Shown one piece after another: positions 1-10,901 of a stretch of 64,000 nt of DNA. The translations under genes were made by a program, and so were the position numbers. This DNA comes from Cladosporium halotolerans. Lineage: Eukaryota. Each line of letters opens with the position of its first letter. Positions within the stretch are counted from its first letter, which is position 1. The notes beneath the pieces were generated by a model, which was given only the letters and a program-made list of their open reading frames with translations, had not been told where the DNA came from and did not search any database. The stretch lies in the NCBI RefSeq assembly GCF_011745625.1, contig NW_027191455.1, positions 930,001-994,000 of the forward strand. Reading direction: 5' to 3'.

Positions 1-1660
1 TTTCTGACCATTGCAGCAGACGGCGGAACTTAGATTCGGCATATGCCAGCGGTACATGAAGATAAAGAGGGCCTGGGCTCGAGTAATAGAATGCGCCTAT
101 CTCGTGTGCGATCTGCCAGAATTCACAGAAGTACGGAAAGGTAGCGGCTCTGGTGAGCGTGGGTGAACCTGCCAGAGAGCCATCTCGTCCCGGGATTGGG
201 AGAAGAGGTGGAAAGGTCGTAAAGGCGCCAGAGATCATATCATGGAAATGTACGAGACGGACCCTGCTTCATTAGTGGACGTAACATCGTCTCTCAGGCG
301 GGCCACTTACGTGGAACAGTTGAAGGCACCCCAGGCGACGAATGTTGCCATTGCGACCTCGTCTCGCGATAAAGACCCCATTTGCTCAACACTGTCACGA
401 TTTTCCCCGAGAAGATGCAAGCGCTCTGCCATTCTGAGACCATCGGCCATGTATTTTGTTGCGAGCCTATTTTTACCGAAGCAGATCGAGCCGAGCGAGA
501 GTATCATCAGAGATGCGGTGTTCAGAAGAGTATCGGATGATATTTCAGCCATCAAGAGCCGCTGTGATGCACTAAGGAATGCCCCTATAAAATCAGAAGC
601 CGCATGGTAGATTGGACGGAAGGTACACTGGCCATGTTAATGATTTGTGAGATTTCCTGATAACAGAAACTTGACGGACTTACACATGCCCAGAAGAGGA
701 TAGCACTCACTAAGAGAGGCGAACAAAATTGTACGTTTTGGGATAACAAGTCTTTGACAAAGAGATGCTCATCGAAGAATCCGTAGACGGGGTGTTCCAC
801 TCTGAAATACGATGAGAGAAGTTCTGCTGCGAGTGCGTCTGTGATCGGAACCTGTGTCCAGAAATGGATACTCAAGTTGGCCAAGCGACTGCCAGGGACC
901 GTCAAGGAGCTCTCGCGGTCATCAGGAGAGGTGCCATGGCTATCGCTACTTTGGAAACCTTGGAGCACCGCAGGAGACTCGCTGTTCATATGAGCACTGA
1001 GAGCCGATATGCAAAAGGTTGGGCTACGGACCTTGTTGACGTGCTTTGCTCGAACGTATACCTATCGGGCTGCGCAGGTGTTTCTTCTGATGAGGACAGG
1101 CCTTCCTTGAGCAACCAAGGAAATGCGACAGGGTGAGAAAATGTGAGTTCTACATCGAGCATACTGTGCAGTGATGGCGACATCTCCGTGTATATGTTGT
1201 TCGAGCTCATTTGGGCAGGGATAAGCTGCGCACGCTCGGCTGAGGCAATTGAACATAATTCGCTAATTGAGTCTTCAGATTGCCTCATTCTCTCCAGACA
1301 GGACAGGGCAGTATTTGCGTCTTGACATTGCAGCCAATTGAGACTGTCTCTGAACAAGCCATGCAGGGACTGGAGATCGCCGTGTTGGCGTTTAATGGCT
1401 TTCGATCTACTCTCGCTGGGAGCATCAGTGTCGTACTCGCAAGCAACATTTGCTCGACGACAATTGCCGCACTCAGGGCGCTCGCTGTCACACTGGGCTT
1501 GTCAACGCTGGTCGCAATCTCTTCGCTTTCTCTGCGAGGCACTCACCCGTCGTTTGACCCGCCTGCAGCGGTGGCATGCCGCGAGAGAAGGTTTCCCAGA
1601 GCTCTTGCGCTTCCTGCTCGTCAAGCTTTGGCCAGTCTGAAACTCACCAAACCTGTCCAT
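1..1660 (-). CDS. Zn(II)2Cys6 transcription factor with fungal-specific TF (middle homology) domain, NirA-like; 3' end runs off the window
   Basis: ATG at 1660. Removing intron 1493-1546 (GTGAGT..CAG) gives ACHRCRRVKRR|CDSERPECGNCRRANVACEY, a complete C6 cluster. A probable intron at 997-1061 restores frame into WTQVPITDALAAELLSSYFRVEHPVYGFFDEHLF...FCSPLLVSAILFWAC. Further GTAAGT donors near 683 and 310. Confidence 0.88.
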
Positions 1661-3733
1661 GTCCGTCACTCGCGCACAGGAGGCATGCGAGATGCTAGCC
1701 ACGAGTCTGAACGTCGACTGCGTGGGCCCGGCCGTCTTGACGAGAGGGCGATCTGCGGGTTGCCGAATGAAACTCACGCGAACTCAAGCCGTGCTCCAAA
1801 GGCTCCCTCCAAGCTTCCACAGCACGCCTGGCCAGCACGCTGCGGGGCTTGGCGCAACCGGAGAGCGCCAACTCTCACGGTCAGCCACTCCGAGGCCGAC
1901 GCAGCGTTGGAAGGCCAAGGCAAGCGTACTGTGAAATACCACGCAGCATCCTATACCGATGACATAACCATTTTTATCTTCCCTCGAACCACATGTTCGC
2001 TCAGTTATGGGCCCGGACGTGCGGCAAGGTACGCGAGCGAGAAGAGATTGTACAGTAGATCATCCATGGCGTCTCGTCCCCATCAGTAAAGTTCGGTGCA
2101 ACCGCCTCCCCACCCGACATGTCCTGTACGGTCATTCACAATCGAGACTCGTGGCTCGGCGAGGGCAGATGCGTTTGCTGCTTATAAGTTGCCATGCGTC
2201 TTCACGACGACGGTGTGTTCCCACTCCTGAGCGGACTCCAGTCCGCCAGGCAAGCTCGGTTGCGGCGCTGTCTCCGCCTCCACCAAATGCTTTTCATGCG
2301 AGTTGAGACATGAAGTTTTCAAGCCCTATACTTCACATGCTTGTTTGTCGCAGATGCAATTGCCTTAGTGGCGCCGTGTAACAAAACCTCCATTGTACCG
2401 TTAGGGCCTGAGTAATTCGGCCTACGACAAGACCTGATCGTGCCACCAGCCAGACCTTCGCATGGCCATGACCGAGCAAGACAGACCCCTTGCTCGTCAA
2501 AATACATGAGCGTTTTTCACGCACAGAAGCTCGTAGATGAGGCAAGAGGTGGTGGACCCGTCCCTGTTTTACTTCCAGTCAGCCAGTACTCCATGTTCGC
2601 CTTCCTTGACCCTTGGAGGTGGGATAATGTGGTTAGGTGCTCGACGATGGTAGCTATACGCGGGCCTCGAAGTGGATTTCGCTGCCTCACTCATTCCGTC
2701 TGAGGAAACGATCATGCTGAGGTGCCCTGACCCTTACATAAGTCCGTTCGACCCTCACCGCTCGCTCAACCCGACTGGAAGACCTCATGCGCCGGGCGCT
2801 CAATGCGCTTCTCACCATGCTGCGCGAAGACAAAATTCTGCACAACAGCACGCATATCGAGAATTCCGGAACCTGTACCCGCTCTAGGAGGATTCGGGAA
2901 AGCCATCTGGATTTCGAAGACGGCTCTGGAGAGAGAGGAAAGCATTTGTTACCCACGGTATGCCAGGGACAATAAGCTGAAAGGACTGTCCGCCGATACA
3001 CCCAAAATAGTGGCTTATTATTAGTGCAACAGCACGGCCTCACCCGGCCACTCACAATGGAAGCGAGATTATCCAATTGGAGCGTGGCAGCCCTCACACG
3101 GCTGGATTCAATTCGGGCGCCACCGACGCAAGACGCTGATCCCTACGCAGGTAGGCATGCGGGATTTCATTGGGCAAAAGGCCGTGAGGCTATTGCGAAG
3201 CGAATGAAAAGACAATCGCAACGAAGGCCGATATGTCAGATTGAATCGTCGCACCGCAGGGAGCAAGCTCCCTGGATGCAGCGGCCGTGCACGAGCTGAT
3301 TAGTGGGATCGGCTACGAATGCATGACGACTCTGGCAGCGAACACGTGCCGCTTCCGGGCCAGCCTGGAGTCACGTTGGATCGCTCTATTAAATCTTCGA
3401 TGTGCTGCACAGAGGAGTCAAGCTGAAGATCGAGTTGGCCCAGCGTCGACTTCATTTTCGGGCGCAGCGCTACATGTCCGGAACTGGGCGCGCCCAAAGT
3501 CTTACAAAATAATAGACGCTCGGAGGTGGCAAGGCCGTTCGCCAGGCGTGTCACATAGCAGCTCTCAAGTATCTGATAGCTTCTTGGCGCGGGGATATTA
3601 GTTGCGGCGGCGTGCCTCTCTGAGATGGTCTGGCCATCCGAAGACCACGCGGCTCTGACATCTTTATGTGCACCGCCATTGCTTCCAAGTATACTCCTCG
3701 CAGCCGCAGAGACGCTCGCGAGCACCATGAACC

Positions 3734-5962
3734 ATGGATGCCGCACCCACGCACCACAAGCGACAACGCAAGAACACGACTCTCGCCTGTAATCCATGTC
3801 GAAGTCGCAAAATCGGAGTATGATGGCTTCTCCAAAGCTTGCCGCTCGCTCACTGAGATTTGGTGTAGTGCCATGGCGACCCTCCAACATGCAGCCCCTG
3901 CCGCCAGCGCGATATCGACTGTACATGGGCTCTGAATCTGCATCATGGCGAAAGCAGGCACGAAGCAAAAAAGCGGTCGGCTATGGAGGCAGAAGAATCT
4001 GTTCGTGATGTTGCAGCTGCTTTCAACGCCCTGAATTTTGCCACCGACGATCAAATACTGCGCGTTATCCGGAACGCCTCTGCTTCATCGGATCCAGTAA
4101 GAACCTTCGCCCTAATAGCGCATGAACCGAACAAGAGCGCTTCGCAGGCGGACAACGCCACAGACGATGCCGGCCAGCTCGTTACGATGAGCGCCGAGCA
4201 GGAACTATCACTCTCTTCGCCAGATTCCTATGCAACATTAATTCCCGTGGAAGCATCAACGTTACCCTTACGAGCTCCCTCTAAGCGTTTGCCGCTGAGG
4301 AGCTTTCCATCCAATTCCTCCACACCAGCCGTGCCTCCTGCTGTCGATCAAACACAGCACCTCTGTGATGTCAGGCTTCATGACTTACGAATCAGCGAAT
4401 GGACGCAAGCAGATATTCGCAACGAAGATGCTGCCTTCTTGATCTCGCGATACCTGGAAACTGACCACCCTATACTTGGCTTTTTTGACCCAGAACTTTT
4501 CATGGCCGATCTCATAACTGCTCAGACGAGATTTTGTTCCCACCTGCTGGTGAATGCCCTGCTAGCATACACTTGCGTAAGTGAAATCAAGTCTCAAATC
4601 TTGTAGGGAATATTGCGATGGGACTGACGCACTGCCTGCAGCGAACACATAGTGCCTCTCATGCTCATCTCAGGCCACTTAGCCACCTGATTTTCGAGGA
4701 TACGAGACGACTTTGGCTGGCAGAAATGAGCAAAGACTCGATTTGCACCATCGCAGCATCGCAGGTGTTGGCTTTGTACTGCGTTTGTGACGACGAATCT
4801 CGACTTGTGGATGAATTCAACGAAGGAGGTTTTCGTATGGCGGAACGGATGGGGATCTTCGCGTCGACGCACGTGATCTACGAAACCACAGGAGACGAAA
4901 TCCTGTCTGCGAAGCTGCGACGAGCTGCTGCCCACACAGCCTGGGGGATGTACAATTGGCTCGTACTTCATTCGCAACTCTGCCACAACGATCCTCCTGA
5001 CTCATCACCTTCGCTCCCAATTCCAGGAGTGCTCCCTCGAGACAAAGCCAAAATCTATCTCCCCGATCCGAGTCTCCATCGGCTGCCTCCGTTCATGGCT
5101 CAGACGTTTCCAGAATTATGCAAGCTCCGATACATCACTCATGAGATATTCGCGGCCTACAACCCTCATCTCCGAGACTCAACGCCGATTGCCGATGCCG
5201 TATCCACGTTGTTTGTAGTCCGCAAGTACCACGAACTTCTAGATTGGGCGAGCGATCTGACGGACGTAGCGAAACGAAGCAAGGATACTCCTCACCATGT
5301 CGTGATCCTGCAGTAAGCATCAACCCTGCGTGTACGGAGTAAGACGCTGACAAGTTGCCAGCATTTGGTATCACGCTGCCCTGATGGATCTGTTTCGCCC
5401 TTTCATAGGCCACGAATTCGCTTTGATCTCTACAGAATCGAATAAACAAACGGCAGAAACAATTTACACAGCATCACTGGAGCAACTCAAGGCCATGATT
5501 GTGAGCTACCGCCACCAGCATGCCACGAACACCAACTCGATACTCCGGCACATCGGCTTGTTCTACGTAGGCAAGAGTGTGTTGCAGGAGACATACACCA
5601 AGAGCGACCGCTCTTTCTACTTTCAGCTTTGCATCGACTCGTACACCGACCTGTCTGCATCATACACCATTGCAACCGGCTTCCTGCAAGCCTTGGTCCG
5701 CCAAGCGATGGAGGAAAATGTCATCCAAGAGTCCGAGACCAACGCGATCATGCGTGATCTTCGCAAAGCATCTAGTCAAGATCGGCACGGTCCTGGGTCA
5801 GCTCGTTCTGCGGATTTTTTCCTTGCAATGACAAGTCGCAGAAGCTCGCTCGTCAAATACAGTACCGACAGGCTGAGGGAAACAGCCAGGACTGACGAGC
5901 CCATGGTAATTGATGAGAAGGATCGGATTGCGATGCAGCACATCGACTCACGAAAGAGTTAG
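3734..5962 (+). CDS. Zn(II)2Cys6 transcription factor with fungal-specific TF domain, NirA-like
   Basis: ATG at 3734. Introns 3818-3868, 4577-4641 and 5313-5361 join ACNPCRSRKIG|CHGDPPTCSPCRQRDIDC to YLETDHPILGFFDPELF...FCSHLLVNALL and PHHVVILH|IWYHAALMDLFRPF, all in frame to TAG at 5962. Confidence 0.92.
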
Positions 5963-6377
5963 GGGAAGTCTTTCCGAGATCATCTGGCCCAAATTTCGTC
6001 CTTCTGCCTGAGAAGCCTGAAACCTAGGGGCAAAATTTTGGCGACCTTCACGAACGATGAACAACTGATCGAGCCTGGATAACGTCTGCAATCTCCGTTC
6101 GTTATCTTGGTCGTCGAGCAGTGCTTTCCATATCGGTGATTTCTGGCTTAGCGTTCGAGCGAGTTCTGCACTGTCTGATTCTCTTTACGCACTCGGTCGC
6201 GCACTGGCCTCTATGTTACCTCCTAAACGCTGCTTCGGACCCCGAGCTTCACCACTTGGTCGCTAAGCTCGCTGTCTCTATCTCAAATGGTGTCGACAGA
6301 GCAGATCATTTTATTTCTAATATTTGGGAGCATTCTAATGCAGCCATTTGATGCAGCACGAAGCTGTCTTCCCTCTG

Positions 6378-6440
6378 CTATCCGAGTCGCACTCATCACT
6401 ATCCGAGTCGCACTCATCACTTTCCGAGTGGCACGACTCA
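6378..6440. repeat. 21-bp tandem repeat, two perfect copies plus one degenerate copy
   Basis: CTATCCGAGTCGCACTCATCA x2 followed by CTTTCCGAGTGGCACGACTCA. Confidence 0.9.
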
Positions 6441-6869
6441 AAACACGTTTCAGCATTATTGGGAGCGGAAGCCCGGGCCAACACAGAACGATCTGAAAAA
6501 GATCTGGGCTTGAGTTTACGCTTGATCGCCATTTGCGGTAACGGAACCTGTAGCTGTCGCGCTGATCTATGATTGGATTTGGAGGAGGAGCAAATTGATG
6601 TACGATGAATACATTCCGAGGCTTTGGTGCGCAAACGATCAGTGCCACGCAAGCAACGCGAGGCTTTGTTGAGATCGACTGGGCTTGCACACTGACGGCA
6701 GATGTTCCTTTAATACCCTAACGGTCGAAAGCCGAATCGAATTATCACATTGTTTGTCAATTTACTGCCCGTTCCCCACACCATCAGATCCGTGAAATAT
6801 CATGTGCCTCACTACACGCTGTCAGCAGTGGTGAAAGATCGCGTTCTCGCGTCGACTGCCAATGCTCTT

Positions 6870-8624
6870 TCACTCCGAAGAACCCGCCCTCTGCGAAAGC
6901 GGCGCACAAGAAAACGGCGCCCTCCCTTGACCAGCGTGCAAGATATCGCCCACCGCCGCGTACGTCCCCGCGCACATCATAAACACTCCCGCCGCGATCA
7001 AAAAAGCGTGCCACATGACTTTCAGCCAAAACTTCCGCGTCCGCTGCTCCGAGCTCCAGTGGTCTTTGAACCAGAGGCACGCCAGAGGAGGGAAGCAGAT
7101 GGCGGCGCCGAGCAGGGCGCCCACGAGGCTGACCAGCTCGCTGAAGTTCGGGATGCCGCTGGCGATTAGGAAGGCGGTCAGAGCTACGAGGCCGGAGCTG
7201 GAGTACCAGGTTAGGGTGGTTGTTCTGTGACTGAAGGTGCGCTCGGCTGCTTGTTGAGGGTCGTTCCCAGGACCGAGCTTCTGGATTAGTGCGGTTGCCA
7301 AAGAATAGGTCTGCTTCGTCGGATACTGCAAGTAAATTCGTTAGTCACATGAGTATCTAAGGAGCGGATGGCTTGGTATACGTACGTGGCAAAGAAGGCA
7401 TGCCGTGACGCATAAGCCGACAATAGCGATCCCATAGCACACTTTCTCAATGTCACCTCCAGCAGATCCAAGGGCGGGTGAGCTGACGTGTGAGCCGCAA
7501 TAGATGTAGACGATGATGCCGACCGTTGCATAGACCGTGAAGACGCCAGACAGGCTTGCGAACATCGCACGGTTGTAGTGCTTCGGTTCTCTCATCTGGG
7601 CATGTATGGTGAAGAACGCAGGGACTCCAGAGTACGCGAAGACAATACATGAGACGGCAGAGAGAGTCTCTGTGAAGGTGGGATACTTCACGAGTTTATA
7701 GTCTGACACCCACGGGCCTGCTGAGGGTGCGGTTTCGGGACGGCCTCGAACGATGAGCGCGATGGTGAGTACGGCGACTATTGTCCGGCAGTTAGCATGA
7801 TCGTTCGGACAATGCGATGTTGTGATTGACACTCACGAGAAGTTCCGATGCTGGCCGCTCCTACGATGGAGAGGGGAGCAAGCCTAGCGACGGTTTTGAT
7901 CGAAGCCAAGATCCAAGCTATGCAAGATGCAGTAACAAAATAGTCAAGAGCACATCTGCTGTTGTTGGTAAGCACGCCCAGAGCGATGCTTATTCCCAGC
8001 ACTGCCGAAGCGCCCACGAAGATGAAATCTGAACCGAACACCATCAGCATAACGCACCAAAGATCTGCTTGTTGTAAGACTCACAAAGCCAGTACACGGT
8101 TCCGAAAAGGAGTCGACCCCAACGACCAAAAAGCTTCTGCCCTACGTCGTCAAATGCGCGAACGTCTGGATGGCGGAGTCCGGCTTGTCCGATCTGATAC
8201 CCTAGCCAGAGTGCGATTTTATGGACCAGCAGAAGACATACGACGCCACCTAAAAGTCCCATTTGATTGAAAGCAGATGGAATCGAGAGGACGCCGATGC
8301 CAACTTGGGTCTTGAACATCGTGAAGGCTGCCATTATCCATCCGACCTGTGCGACGTACATTAACGCTGAAGGCTGGCTACAGATGCACTAGATTACTGA
8401 GCAAGGCATCGACTTACATTGCGTGTTGCTTCAGGAGCCTCTGTATTCACTTGTTCGGTATCATCTGTTGTACTTCTACTGATGATACGCGTTGTACTCG
8501 TTGCGACTTTGCCGATACTGCTGTCGCTATTGCTGCGGGCATTTCCATGACCATTGCCAACACGGTCGAATGGACTGATGGCATCACTTGGACTATCAGG
8601 ATATGAAGGATTTCGCTGAGACAT
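6870..8624 (-). CDS. Amino acid/auxin permease family (Aa_trans) neutral amino acid transporter, Mtr-like
   Basis: Spliced ORF pieces read VGWIMAAFTMFKTQVGIGVLSIPSAF, IVFAYSGVPAFFTIHAQMREPKHY, GSHVSSPALGSAG and IASGIPNFSELVSLVGAL, with many hydrophobic helices. Introns include 8347-8417 and 8029-8084. Confidence 0.92.
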
Positions 8625-9023
8625 TGCACTATCCGACTACAGTGGTAGATTGTTAGAAAGCGGCGAGCCGGTTTGGGTCAGGACGCCTGTCTCGCAAGAC
8701 AATAAAAGTGAGAGGCTTTGCACGCCGGCAACTCCTCACCGGTCTGCGCCTGAAGCCAATTGCGGTTCTGCGTGCCATTGCGTAAGCGATATCCATTCCG
8801 CGAAGATTGGGTCTTCGTAGTATTAGCAATATCGAACCTGCTGTAGGTCGCAGTCTGGCGCGCCCGGACCGCGTGGTCAACGTGAGGACAAAGCTTCGGC
8901 AGTGCGCTTGGCACTTCACGTGTTGAATGTCGGTCTCTCGCATTTCCCTTCCATCCCGCACAAGCTTACATTCATCTGTCTATCAACATGCATAGAAATA
9001 TATGCTCCAAACAGACCAGCACA

Positions 9024-9877
9024 CTAAGTACAAATCCTCTCTTTCTCATGGCGACTCGACATCTGATGTAGGCGGCTTTCAAAAGCGCGACCCTTTGCCT
9101 CCATGGTCAAGACGCGTCTCAGAATTGCCCGCTTCTCACGCATCAGAACACGTCTCTCAGCTCTGAACACTGGCCCTGAAGACTCTTGTTTGGCCTCCAA
9201 CGCATCAATGCGGCGGGCCACTGCTTGTAACTCTGGCCTTTTCCTCTCCTTCCTTAGCTCCAGCCACATGAGCGCAGCGATAATTGTACTGATGACGGTA
9301 CCGATGCACGAGATGACATCGAACGCTCGGAAGCCAATTTCTATCTTTCTCTGAGAATCATTACCAGTCCCAGAGGCGACAGAGGCGACAGAGGCGACAC
9401 TGCTTTGTGTTTTGGCATCGTGGATGTCTTGAATTGTTGTTGACGGTGCAGAACTGCTAGGGGCGGCTTCTACCGATCTCGCTGTCCGGCCGTCAGTGTT
9501 CTTCTTACATGCGAACAACGCAAGAATCGCTGACCCTCAATCTCCTGGCTGCGGCGAATGGAGTGTGACTGCTCAACGCGATCCCCGCCCGCACGCATTG
9601 GGCGCTTGGTTGTCGCCGATCCAATATGAGAGGACACGGCGAGCCTCAGCATGCCCGACATGTCTGAAGAAGGTCAGTCAGGAATCTTTGGACGACTAGG
9701 AAGACATAAACAACCACCTGGGTTCGTTCGATGTTCTGGCCAAGTCTTGACCGCATGGTTGTCCGCTCTTTGGTGGTTCGCACGCAATAAGGCCCTCGAA
9801 GACTCGACTGGGTATGCGCACGCAGAAAGCGTCAGAAGAAATGACACTAAACTAGCCAGGATGGCTGTTGCAAGCAT
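9024..9877 (-). CDS. Hypothetical secretory-pathway single-pass membrane protein (signal peptide, S/T-rich stalk, TM helix, basic coiled-coil tail)
   Basis: Three ORF-track fragments join in frame via introns 9664-9717 (GTGGTT..CTGAC..CAG) and 9482-9534 (GTCAGC..CTGAC..CAG). N-terminus MLATAILASLVSFLLTLSACA; TM segment VISCIGTVISTIIAALMWL. Confidence 0.72.
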
Positions 9878-10146
9878 CTTCGGTAATGGTGGCTGCAGAA
9901 GATCCAGGAAGACGACTACAGGTGGCTCATCCCATGGGAATTCTCTTTTTATCTGTTCTCTGAGCCCTCCATCCAATTCAGATAGTTGGCGGACGCTTCG
10001 CACTCACTACCTGTGCGTGGTGACTGCTCATAGCTTCGTCGGCTTGCTTAGGAGCCGGGAGACTTAGCAAAGTCGCCTGGCCATCTAGAGCATTTCTCGC
10101 CATATTGGCGGTAGCGATTTGTGCGCCGGCCAGAAGCCCGACTGTC

Positions 10147-10251
10147 AACCGCCAACCGCCAGCTGTAGCCGCCAAGTACAAACCGCCGACTGTGAACGCC
10201 AGCTATAGATCGCGACAGTCAGCCGCCAACCGCCAACCGCCATCCGCCAAC
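10147..10251. repeat. Cluster of imperfect CCGCCAA heptamer repeats in a divergent intergenic region
   Basis: AACCGCCAACCGCCAG...GCCGCCAAG...AACCGCCGA...GCCGCCAACCGCCAACCGCCATCCGCCAA. Confidence 0.75.
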
Positions 10252-10901
10252 TACCGAAGGCAACCACATCAGAACACGCCCTAAGATCTACGTGATGTTC
10301 GACACTGTCCGCTTACTTACAGTGCCTGTCAATAGGTACGAGCTGCAGTTGAAGGATTTTCGGGCTTTCTAATTAGACGGCATTCGGTTACCGGCTAAAC
10401 GACGTTCGGGTCCGTGTGAAGCGCGATCGTTATCCAAGTGGCGCTGCGAGCAGAAAGCTCCGCTCATCTCTTTTCTCGGATGATCTGTAATAAGTTGGCG
10501 GTTCCGCCAGAAGAAGCACCTCTATTTGAGTCGACCTGCATGCTCGCCAAACCCCTGCCAACATGAGCCACCGCCATGATTTGGGCCCATGTGCTTATCC
10601 ACGCACGTGAATCAAGCCGATTGGCGATCTGGTGCATAGCCGAGTTCGACGCCTCGCCAGCGCGACTAGCAGATGCAGTACCACCGTCAAGTTGGCGGGC
10701 AGCTGAGCGGCATCGCTGTAAGCCTGAACAGATCCTTCAGCCTCGTCGTGGCCTGGCCTGAGCTTTGACATTATTATATTAAGGCAGGTGCATTCTTCCC
10801 TTGTGATCCAACTACCTTCAGCCCTCAAATCGCATAGCTCACACACCGTGCTCCGGAAAACGATCAAGTGAAGGACCGTGACCACTTTCTCCCGAACCGC
10901 A

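Noticed and set aside
6378..6440. Possible CRISPR-like repeat
   Set aside because: Copies are directly adjacent with no spacers, and the context is eukaryotic with no cas genes.
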